DNA from: Myxococcaceae bacterium
GTDB taxonomy: Bacteria > Myxococcota > Myxococcia > Myxococcales > Myxococcaceae
NCBI GenBank assembly: GCA_046155985.1
Contig: JBJXGM010000129.1
Span: 2,773 to 66,772, forward strand
Direction of reading: 5' to 3'
DNA: 64,000 nucleotides
In this document: one piece after another, positions 56,556 through 64,000 of the stretch
How the letters are laid out: every line of letters starts with the position of its first letter
How positions within the stretch are numbered: position 1 is the stretch's first letter
The notes under the pieces: model-generated
What the model was told of the DNA's origin: nothing
What the model saw: the letters and a program-made list of their open reading frames with translations, nothing else
The model's database searches: none
Position numbers and translations under genes: made by a program

Positions 56556-59084
56556 ATGAAGGACATCACCCCGCCCAATCCTGAGCGCGCCGCTTCTGCG
56601 CGCCGTGGAAAGGGGTACCGTCTGATTTCGCGCGCCCTCGGCTTTTTGGTGTTCGCCTTTGGAGCCCCAGCCCTGGCCAGCGAAGCCGACTTAATATTGC
56701 CGGATTTCACCCAAACGATGTTCATGGGTGGCATCGATGGTCGCACCCTTCTCATGGGCGGCATTGCCGTGTCGTTGTTCGGCCTGGTGTTCGGCTTTAT
56801 GCAGTACCAGTCGTTGCGCAACCTTCCCGTTCACCGGGCAATGCGCGAAATCTCTGAGCTGATCTACGAGACCTGCAAGACGTACTTGATTACGCAAGGC
56901 AAGTTCATCCTTCTGCTGGAGCTGCTGATTGGCTCCATCATGTTCGTGTACTTCGGCGTTCTCCGGCACATGGAGCCCGTCAAAGTCGCCACGATTCTGT
57001 TCTTCAGCTTGGTGGGCATCGCCGGCAGTTACGGCGTGGCGTGGTTTGGCATCCGGGTGAACACGTTCGCGAACTCGCGCACGGCGTTTGCCTCGCTCCG
57101 TGGCAAGCCCTACCCGACCTACGCCATTCCACTTCAAGCCGGCATGTCGATCGGCATGGTGCTCATCAGCACGGAACTTCTGCTGATGCTCATCATCTTG
57201 TTGTTTGTCCCCTCCGACTTCGCAGGGCCGTGCTTCATCGGCTTTGCCATTGGCGAATCGCTGGGCGCATCCGTGCTGCGCATCGCCGGCGGCATCTTCA
57301 CGAAAATCGCCGACATCGGCTCCGACCTGATGAAAATCGTCTTCAAGATTAAGGAAGACGACGCGCGTAACCCCGGCGTCATCGCCGACTGCACCGGCGA
57401 CAACGCGGGGGACTCGGTGGGCCCCTCGGCCGACGGCTTTGAGACCTACGGCGTGACGGGCGTCGCACTGATTACGTTCATTCTTTTGGCCGTCGGTGAA
57501 GCGTACCGCGTGCCGTTGCTCGTTTGGATTTTCGCGATGCGCATCGCGATGGTCGTCGCCAGCCTTCTCGCCTACAGCATCAACGGCATGATTCAGGGTG
57601 CCAAATACAAGACGGCCGACAAGATGAACTTCGAGCACCCGCTCACGTTCTTGGTGTGGCTCACCTCGATTGTTTCAGTCGTCATCACCTACGCGCTTTC
57701 GTACATGTTGATTCCGGACATCGGCGGCGACGCGTCGCTGTGGTGGAAGCTGTCCACCATCATCACGCTGGGCACTTTGGCGGGCGCCATCATCCCAGAG
57801 GTCGTGAAGGTCTTCACGTCGACCGAGAGCCGGCATGTGCGCGAAGTCGTGATGGCTTCTCGTCAGGGCGGCGCATCACTCAACGTCATTTCCGGATTGG
57901 TTGCGGGTAACTTCTCGGCCTACTGGTTGGGCATCGTCATCGTTGTCTTGATGGGTGGGGCATACATGGTGTCGGGACAAGGTCTCGGCCAGCTCATGTT
58001 CGCGCCGGCCGTGTTTGCGTTTGGGCTGGTGGCGTTTGGTTTCTTGGGCATGGGCCCGGTCACCATCGCGGTCGATTCTTACGGACCTGTCACCGACAAC
58101 GCACAAAGCGTTTACGAGCTGTCGTTGATTGAAAACGTTCCGAACGTGAAGGCCGAAGTCCAAAAGGACTTTGGATTTGTTCCCGACTTCGAGAAGGGCA
58201 AGCAGTACCTCGAAGAGAACGATGGTGCCGGCAACACGTTCAAGGCCACCGCCAAGCCGGTACTCATCGGCACGGCTGTGGTCGGCGCCACGACGATGAT
58301 TTTCTCCATCATCGTCATGCTGATTGGCCGCGCGATTCCAGGCGGCGGCATTGAGCTTGACCCAGACAAGACGCAGTTCCTCTCGCTGATGCACGCGCCG
58401 TTCTTGCTGGGGCTTGTGGCCGGCGGTGCGGTGATTTTCTGGTTCTCAGGCGCGTCGATGCAGGCGGTCTCCACGGGCGCCTACCGCGCGGTGGAGTTCA
58501 TCAAGGCCAACATCAAGCTCGACGGCGTCGAGAGAGCCAGCGTGCAAGACAGCAAGCGCGTGGTGGAAATCTGCACGCAATACGCGCAGAGCGGGATGAT
58601 TAACATTTTCCTCGCGGTGTTCTTCAGCACCCTCGCCTACGCGTGCTTGGAGCCGTACTTCTTCATCGGCTATCTCATTTCCATCGCCATTTTCGGTTTG
58701 TACCAAGCCGTGTTCATGGCGAACGCCGGCGGTGCCTGGGACAACGCCAAGAAGTTGGTGGAGACGGAATTGAAGGCCAAGGGCACAGACCTTCACGCAG
58801 CGACCGTCGTGGGGGACACCGTCGGCGACCCGTTCAAAGACACTTCGTCGGTCGCGTTGAACCCGGTCATCAAGTTCACCACGCTGTGTGGGCTTCTGGC
58901 GGTGGAGTTGGCCGTTGAAATCAACGCGGGAGGAAACCGCGCGCTGACGCTGACGCTCGCCGGCGTGTTCTTCGTGCTCGCCATGTTCTTCGTCTACCGC
59001 TCGTTCTACGGCATGCGCATTCAGTCGAACGAGTCGCACGACGCGCAGGTCGCGCCGAGCGCCAAAGGCGTGAGCCCCGCGTAA
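56556..59084 (+). CDS. hppA: membrane-integral proton/sodium-translocating pyrophosphatase
   Basis: Motifs are GGIFTKIADIGSDLMK, DCTGDNAGDSVGP, GGAWDNAKK and GDTVGDPFKDTSS. GNTFKA has Lys at the A/K position, which suggests the K+-independent type. Confidence 0.95.
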   Translation: MKDITPPNPERAASARRGKGYRLISRALGFLVFAFGAPALASEADLILPDFTQTMFMGGIDGRTLLMGGIAVSLFGLVFGFMQYQSLRNLPVHRAMREISELIYETCKTYLITQGKFILLLELLIGSIMFVYFGVLRHMEPVKVATILFFSLVGIAGSYGVAWFGIRVNTFANSRTAFASLRGKPYPTYAIPLQAGMSIGMVLISTELLLMLIILLFVPSDFAGPCFIGFAIGESLGASVLRIAGGIFTKIADIGSDLMKIVFKIKEDDARNPGVIADCTGDNAGDSVGPSADGFETYGVTGVALITFILLAVGEAYRVPLLVWIFAMRIAMVVASLLAYSINGMIQGAKYKTADKMNFEHPLTFLVWLTSIVSVVITYALSYMLIPDIGGDASLWWKLSTIITLGTLAGAIIPEVVKVFTSTESRHVREVVMASRQGGASLNVISGLVAGNFSAYWLGIVIVVLMGGAYMVSGQGLGQLMFAPAVFAFGLVAFGFLGMGPVTIAVDSYGPVTDNAQSVYELSLIENVPNVKAEVQKDFGFVPDFEKGKQYLEENDGAGNTFKATAKPVLIGTAVVGATTMIFSIIVMLIGRAIPGGGIELDPDKTQFLSLMHAPFLLGLVAGGAVIFWFSGASMQAVSTGAYRAVEFIKANIKLDGVERASVQDSKRVVEICTQYAQSGMINIFLAVFFSTLAYACLEPYFFIGYLISIAIFGLYQAVFMANAGGAWDNAKKLVETELKAKGTDLHAATVVGDTVGDPFKDTSSVALNPVIKFTTLCGLLAVELAVEINAGGNRALTLTLAGVFFVLAMFFVYRSFYGMRIQSNESHDAQVAPSAKGVSPA

Positions 59085-59124
59085 GGGCGACGCGCAGAGG
59101 TCCCGAAACGTGAGCGCAGGAGGC

Positions 59125-60051
59125 ATGTCGATTCTGCGGCTGACGTTCCTCGGGACGTCTGCTGCTCAGCCCACGATTCACCGCAACCTTTCGGGGCTTG
59201 CGGTGAAGGCCGACACCGACTTGCTGTTGTTCGACTGTGGCGAAGGCAGCCAACGGCAAATGGTGCGCTACGGCACGGGCTTCACCGTCGACGCCGTCTA
59301 CTTCACGCATTTTCACGCGGACCACTACCTGGGCATCATTGGGTTTTTGCGCACGCTCGGAATGATGGGCCGCGAACATGGCCTTGTGCTTTACGGCCCT
59401 GCGCCTGCGAAGCGGCTGCTTCACCAAGCGGTGCATCTGGGTCTCGACCAACTGGCCTTTCCGGTAGACATTCAAGAGCTCCGCGACGGCGACCGCATCG
59501 CGGGCAAGGGATACAGCGTTCGAGCCGTCGGCGTTGACCACCGCATCAACGCCCTGGGGTTCATTCTGGAAGAGGACGTTCGCCCCGGTCGCTTCAGTCT
59601 CGAAACAGCGCGTGCGCTCGGTGTTCCCGAAGGGCCATTGTTTGGAAAGTTACAGCGTGGCGAGGCAGTGCAGACGCCTGAAGGAAAAACGGTAAGGCCC
59701 CAAGACGTCATGGGCGAAAGCCGGGCCGGCCGTAAGCTTGCGATTTCCGGGGATACCCGCCCTTGTCCAGCGTTGGTCAACGCAGCGCGGCACGCCGACT
59801 TGCTGATTCACGAGGCAACCTTTTCTGACGATGAGCAACAAAGGGCCTTAGAGACACGACACTCCACAGCGCGCGAAGCAGGAAAAGTCGCGTGTGAGGC
59901 AGAAGTAAGGCGATTGGTGCTGACACACCTCTCGTCGCGGCACGACACGGAACCCCACCGCCTCTTGGCGCAGGCCAAAGAGGAGTTTTTAGGGCAGGCC
60001 GAAGTCGCGCACGACGGACTGGTGCTGGAGGTGCCGATTCGGGAGTCGTGA
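59125..60051 (+). CDS. rnz: ribonuclease Z (MBL fold)
   Basis: It reads LTFLGTSAAQPT…RNLSGLAV…FDCGEGSQRQM…THFHADHYLGIIGFL…THLSSRH. AGGAGG lies 2 nt upstream of the ATG at 59125. Confidence 0.9.
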   Translation: MSILRLTFLGTSAAQPTIHRNLSGLAVKADTDLLLFDCGEGSQRQMVRYGTGFTVDAVYFTHFHADHYLGIIGFLRTLGMMGREHGLVLYGPAPAKRLLHQAVHLGLDQLAFPVDIQELRDGDRIAGKGYSVRAVGVDHRINALGFILEEDVRPGRFSLETARALGVPEGPLFGKLQRGEAVQTPEGKTVRPQDVMGESRAGRKLAISGDTRPCPALVNAARHADLLIHEATFSDDEQQRALETRHSTAREAGKVACEAEVRRLVLTHLSSRHDTEPHRLLAQAKEEFLGQAEVAHDGLVLEVPIRES

Positions 60052-60852
60052 ATGCAGCACGTCTTTGCCACTGTTCTTCCGCCGGGTTATAGCCGAGACG
60101 TTGCACGGCTTCGTGACTTGGCTCAAGAGGCGCGTCTTCCGCGCGGGAAGCCGCAACGGACCCTTCTCTCAGCGGCACCGGCGAAGCGGCCCCTGGCAAA
60201 GGCGGTCGAAAGCCTCGCTCCGGTGAGCGAAGCGCCGGAAACGCTCGAATCGCAGCGGGACGAGTTGCTCGCGCTGCTGCGGGTGCTCCATGCGCACACT
60301 GGGGGGAGACACAGTGTCCACATTCGCGTCCCTCGAAACTTTGCCGGCCCAGAGTTGTTCCAAGTCCTTGATGCGCTTCACCGGCTGGAGCGCCTCCTCC
60401 TCGCCAGGCCTGAATTGAGACGCATTTATAAGACCAACATGAACGTGTTCATTCGGGACACCTACGGTGTTTTTGCCAAGGCCCAAGCCGGATGGCGTAC
60501 CAACGTGATCGCAATGCTTCGAGGAGAGGACCCGGAGGCAACCCCAATTAAGGTTTGCGGGGTTCGGATGTCCTGCCCGCCCGGCGAATACGTCCGGACA
60601 CTGCGCAAGCGTTTGGCGCGCGCGGCAGCCGGCACAAAGGGCCCGCTTCTGGCCAGGCGCCTGAAGCTTCGGATTTACCCCGAGGTGGCGCTCGCGGCGC
60701 TCGACTTGACACCTGACGCTTTGCATTCGCCTGAATCCGCCGCCCAAATCTTCGACCGTCTTGCTTGGCAATTTGACGACAACCACAATCCTTTCAAGGG
60801 GCTAGCCGACGTTTGTCGAGCGGCGACATGGAAGCCTTCTCAAGAGCTGTGA
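60052..60852 (+). CDS. hypothetical protein (266 aa)
   Basis: The ATG immediately follows the rnz stop (TGAATG). No family was recognised. Confidence 0.45.
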   Translation: MQHVFATVLPPGYSRDVARLRDLAQEARLPRGKPQRTLLSAAPAKRPLAKAVESLAPVSEAPETLESQRDELLALLRVLHAHTGGRHSVHIRVPRNFAGPELFQVLDALHRLERLLLARPELRRIYKTNMNVFIRDTYGVFAKAQAGWRTNVIAMLRGEDPEATPIKVCGVRMSCPPGEYVRTLRKRLARAAAGTKGPLLARRLKLRIYPEVALAALDLTPDALHSPESAAQIFDRLAWQFDDNHNPFKGLADVCRAATWKPSQEL

Positions 60853-60930
60853 ATCGCGCAGAAACGGGCCGACTTGCGCGCCGAACGAGGACGTAGGAGG
60901 GTCGGCCCCCCAAACGGAGGAGTGAGAAGC

Positions 60931-61353
60931 ATGTTTCGAAACTTAGGCTTTGCTGTCGTGGTGGCGGTCCTTGGTTCAGCTTGTAGCAGCACGTTGCAAT
61001 ACGCCGTGCCAGGCACCGAGCGCGCCGTGGGGGCGGACGCGGAGATTGTTGCCAACGTCAACCCCGACAACAACATCACCAAGTTCGACATTCGCGCGTC
61101 GCATCTGCCCCCCCCGGCCCGCGTAGTGGAAGGCGCAGACACGTTCGTGGTGTGGGCGCGCCGAGACTCATCGCAACCTTGGACGCGCGTGGGTTCGCTC
61201 AAATACGACCCGGGCGCGCGTTCGGGCGAAATGCTGGAAGCCAGTGTGCCCGAAACCGGCTTCGAGCTGATTATTTCGGCGGAAGTCGGTGGCACGCCAG
61301 GCTCCCCATCGAACGACGTTGTCTTTTCTCAAGTGGTTGAGCGCGGCAGCTAA
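60931..61353 (+). CDS. putative lipoprotein (140 aa)
   Basis: The signal/lipobox is MFRNLGFAVVVAVLGSAC. GGAGGAG lies upstream of the ATG at 60931. The gene is followed by a strong intrinsic terminator. Confidence 0.6.
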   Translation: MFRNLGFAVVVAVLGSACSSTLQYAVPGTERAVGADAEIVANVNPDNNITKFDIRASHLPPPARVVEGADTFVVWARRDSSQPWTRVGSLKYDPGARSGEMLEASVPETGFELIISAEVGGTPGSPSNDVVFSQVVERGS

Positions 61354-61378
61354 GTTTTCGTCCGCCGTTATTTTGGCA

Positions 61379-61423
61379 GGCCCGGGACATTCGGATGGAA
61401 TGTCTCGGGCCTTCTTCTTTTTG
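61379..61423 (+). terminator. Rho-independent terminator
   Basis: The 14-bp stem pairs GGCCCGGGACATTC with GAATGTCTCGGGCC (one mismatch). The loop is GGATG. It is followed by TTCTTCTTTTTG. Confidence 0.8.
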
Positions 61424-61443
61424 CGCCCTGGGGAGACACCCGA

Positions 61444-61863
61444 ATGCCGAAGCTGCAACACGGGACGCTGGCGTTGACGGTGCCCGTTGGCTGGGTGGAC
61501 GTGACCGAAGTCGCGCTGGTGGCGGAGCCCGACGAAGGTTTTCGGCCCAACTTGTCTGTGGTTCGCGAGACGCTTGTCCCCAACGAAGACGCCCGGGGCT
61601 ATGCGGCGCGGCAGCTCCCCAAGCTTGCGGAGTCATTGCCCGAGTACAAACTCATTCGCGAGCGCGACGCCGTCTACGGCTGGCTTTCTGGCGTCGAACG
61701 CGAACACAGCTTCGTGATTGAAGGTCAGCGTTTCGCGCAGCTTCATTTCTACGTGGCACATCAGGGAATCGCGTACACCTTTTCGCTGACACACGCTGAG
61801 GCGCGCGCCGCTGCGTTGCCGCAACTCGCGACGCAGTTGCTCAGCACGGTGGAGTGGCGTTGA
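61444..61863 (+). CDS. DUF1795/DcrB-like protein
   Basis: The layout LTVPVGWVDVTEVALVAEPDEGFRPNLSVVRE…HFYVAHQGIAYTFSLTH resembles DcrB/DUF1795 proteins. Confidence 0.5.
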   Translation: MPKLQHGTLALTVPVGWVDVTEVALVAEPDEGFRPNLSVVRETLVPNEDARGYAARQLPKLAESLPEYKLIRERDAVYGWLSGVEREHSFVIEGQRFAQLHFYVAHQGIAYTFSLTHAEARAAALPQLATQLLSTVEWR

Positions 61864-62249
61864 GTGCTGCCCCCTGCCGCGTCGAGTTGCATCGCTTCGT
61901 GCGCTCGCCGCTCACTCGAGCGCCTGCGCCCAGCTTTTGGAGCAGAATGCCGGGAGCGCCGAAATCGTTGTTTGGCAACCGAACAACATGCTTTCCGCTC
62001 TTAGGATTCCGGGGCGTCGTCACTGGGTGACGTCTTCTTCAGTTCGCCCCGACCGCCCCGCGTTCTCCAAGAGCACCCGCGAATGCGCCGCAAGAGCGGC
62101 CGCTGCGCGGGTCTGTTCGTCTGTGGGAATCGGCGCTCGGTCGCTGTGGAACGGGCCTACGTTGTTCCGGCCAGGGTACTCTTGTCCGGGTTGCTGAGAG
62201 TGGGTCGGGTGATGGACCGAGTCTTCTGAGTGCCTGCCGGCGCGCTTCT

Positions 62250-62747
62250 GTGCTTTCATCGACGAGTGCACCTCCACGCCTGGTGCGAGAACTTGAGACG
62301 GTCAGAGCAGCCACGTCTGTTCTCGAACACGCGCTGACACTATTCGAGCACGCCGACCGAACCAGTTCGCCGCAACCGCGATTGTTCGACTCGGGCGACC
62401 ACTTCGCGAGCGGGGTGAACGGATATCCGCGACTGAGCGGCTGGGAGTCTTCGCCCGAGCAACTGGCGGAGAAGTTGCTCTTGCGGCATCGCGGCGGCCC
62501 CGCTGTCTATGCGTTTCGCTTGATGAACGACGAATCCCAGCGCCAGCGACTCGTCTGGCACTGCCACCTTGCGCAGCAAGCACAAGGCACAAGACAAGCG
62601 GAAGACGCGTCCAATAAGGGCGACGGCGTCCCGGTGGAGGTGGCCCGGCTCAAACGGGCTTTGACCGTGCTCACACCCATTGCGAAAGGTTGGACATCGC
62701 CGGCCCAAATGCCTTGGCCGCGCCAAGTGCGAGACGAGCCCACATGA
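62250..62747 (+). CDS. hypothetical protein (weak call)
   Basis: This is the ORF with the most protein-like translation among several overlapping frames in 61.9-62.8 kb. It has a non-ATG start. Confidence 0.3.
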   Translation: MLSSTSAPPRLVRELETVRAATSVLEHALTLFEHADRTSSPQPRLFDSGDHFASGVNGYPRLSGWESSPEQLAEKLLLRHRGGPAVYAFRLMNDESQRQRLVWHCHLAQQAQGTRQAEDASNKGDGVPVEVARLKRALTVLTPIAKGWTSPAQMPWPRQVRDEPT

Positions 62748-62773
62748 CGGCGGTTGGTGCGCTGAAACCTTGC

Positions 62774-64000
62774 TTAATTGGCGCGCAACTTTTGCGTGGA
62801 GAAAATGATGCCGTGACGAAAGACGTTGCGGAAATGGCCAGCTTCAGACTCGACGTCCCATAGCTCAAGGTCAAGAGGTGCTTTGGCCCACAACCGAACA
62901 CGCACCGTTCGGGCCTGCGCGCGCGCGACAAGCTTTTGCACAACCTGTCTGTGGCCGCGGTCGAGTGAGTCGGCGATTCGAAGCAAGGCGGCCAGCTTGC
63001 GCACCAGACGAACGTCTTGAGCACTGCGACGTGCCAATTCGGGATGTGAGGCCAAGGGGAAGCTGCGGCGGTGAAACCGGGCCGTCAGTGCCACGAGGTC
63101 ACGTTCACGGTCCGAGAGGCCAGGAATATCGGCGTTTTGAATGAGATAAAACGAGTGCTTGTGGTGCCGTGCGTAGCTGACCGCGTTTCCGATGTCGTGC
63201 AAAAGCGCGGCGACTTCGAGTAGGGGACGCGCAGAAGCGGGCAGGGCGTGCATCGCACTGAGTTGGTCAAAAAGCGCGAGTGACAGACGGGCGACTTGCT
63301 TCGAGTGCCCTTCATCAAAGCCGAAACGCCTGCCCAATTTTATTGCTGCGTCGGTAAGCCCGGAGTCAGGACTTCGAACACGTTGTTGAGCGACAAGGTC
63401 CACCAGAATGCCATCACGCAGTCCGCGCGAGACGGCGGTCACAGCCTTCAAACGAAGATGTTCCAACACCGCTTCGAGAATGACAGCCCCACCCACAATG
63501 ATTTCTGCGCGTTTCGGGTCGAAACACTTGCGGCGTTCTGCGGGTGTCATGTCTGCCAGCTTGTCCACGGCGCGCGCGACTTGATTCGCCGTGGCGTAAC
63601 CAGCGCCATCTGTGGCGTAACCCACCACCGCGCCAATGGTTCCTGAGCTCCCCAAACCTACGCGCACCCCGCCGAGTGAGGGGTTCGGCAGCGCCTCGCG
63701 AACCGCTTCGCTCGCAAAGCGTCGAATCAGTTTGAGTTGCTTCGGAGAAACAACCCCGGACGTCTTAAACAGGTCGGTCAGGCGAACCGCGCCAAGCGCG
63801 ACGGACCACATCGCCAAAGGACTTTCACCCAGCGCAGTAGCGACTTCGGTCGAGCCCCCGCCGATATCGATGCAGACCGACCGAACTTTGGGTCCCTTGC
63901 CGTGGAGAACCCCTAAACAAATCAAGCGCGCTTCTTCGACTCCGCTGATGACTTCCAAGCGAATCCCGGCGTCACGCTTTGCTCGGAGAACAATCTCATC
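62774..64000 (-). CDS. ppx: Ppx/GppA-family exopolyphosphatase / (p)ppGpp phosphohydrolase with an HD domain (N-terminus outside the window)
   Basis: Motifs are VISGVEEARL, CIDIGGGSTEV and the HD region LLHDIGNAVSYARHHKHSFYLI. The reading frame stays open to the window edge. Confidence 0.9.
   Translation of the reverse strand, partial: DEIVLRAKRDAGIRLEVISGVEEARLICLGVLHGKGPKVRSVCIDIGGGSTEVATALGESPLAMWSVALGAVRLTDLFKTSGVVSPKQLKLIRRFASEAVREALPNPSLGGVRVGLGSSGTIGAVVGYATDGAGYATANQVARAVDKLADMTPAERRKCFDPKRAEIIVGGAVILEAVLEHLRLKAVTAVSRGLRDGILVDLVAQQRVRSPDSGLTDAAIKLGRRFGFDEGHSKQVARLSLALFDQLSAMHALPASARPLLEVAALLHDIGNAVSYARHHKHSFYLIQNADIPGLSDRERDLVALTARFHRRSFPLASHPELARRSAQDVRLVRKLAALLRIADSLDRGHRQVVQKLVARAQARTVRVRLWAKAPLDLELWDVESEAGHFRNVFRHGIIFSTQKLRAN

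Noticed and set aside
56691-59126. Minus-strand ORFs of 315 aa and 226 aa.
   Set aside because: They are antisense to hppA and are shadow ORFs.

Overview
High-GC bacterial chromosome segment. The gene content looks myxobacterial (Myxococcota-like): sigma54 enhancer-binding proteins, a PEGA-domain Ser/Thr kinase homologue, proline-rich lipoproteins and many orphan proteins. This placement is an inference.

The left third (about 1-23.8 kb) is an accessory island that starts at a decayed IS630 transposase. It carries a class I lanthipeptide system:
- an 80-aa Cys/Ser/Thr-rich precursor with a double-glycine leader
- LanC
- full-length LanB
- a C39-peptidase ABC exporter
- a HlyD-like adaptor

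These genes are physically interleaved with, and in part translationally coupled to, a 2600-aa megasynthase of architecture FAAL-ACP-KS-AT-KR-ACP-C. An Sfp-type PPTase and a sensor-less sigma54 activator are also present, and the precursor gene is preceded by a sigma54-type -24/-12 promoter. I consider this candidate lipo-lanthipeptide (RiPP-PKS hybrid) locus the most interesting system in the window.

The remainder is mostly core genome:
- dnaN-recF-gyrB without an adjacent dnaA, with a DnaA-box cluster upstream of dnaN
- gyrB interrupted by a 572-aa LAGLIDADG intein
- tRNA-Gln, ileS, hppA, rnz, rimK, ctaA and ppx (partial)
- two type II toxin-antitoxin pairs
- several catalytically degenerate regulatory or enzyme homologues: a pseudokinase, a degenerate bEBP, and an archaemetzincin lacking the catalytic Glu
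- a perfect sigma54 promoter in front of a 39-aa lipoprotein ORF

No CRISPR array and no rRNA were seen. All calls rest on reading the translated ORFs and motifs by eye; no database search was possible.
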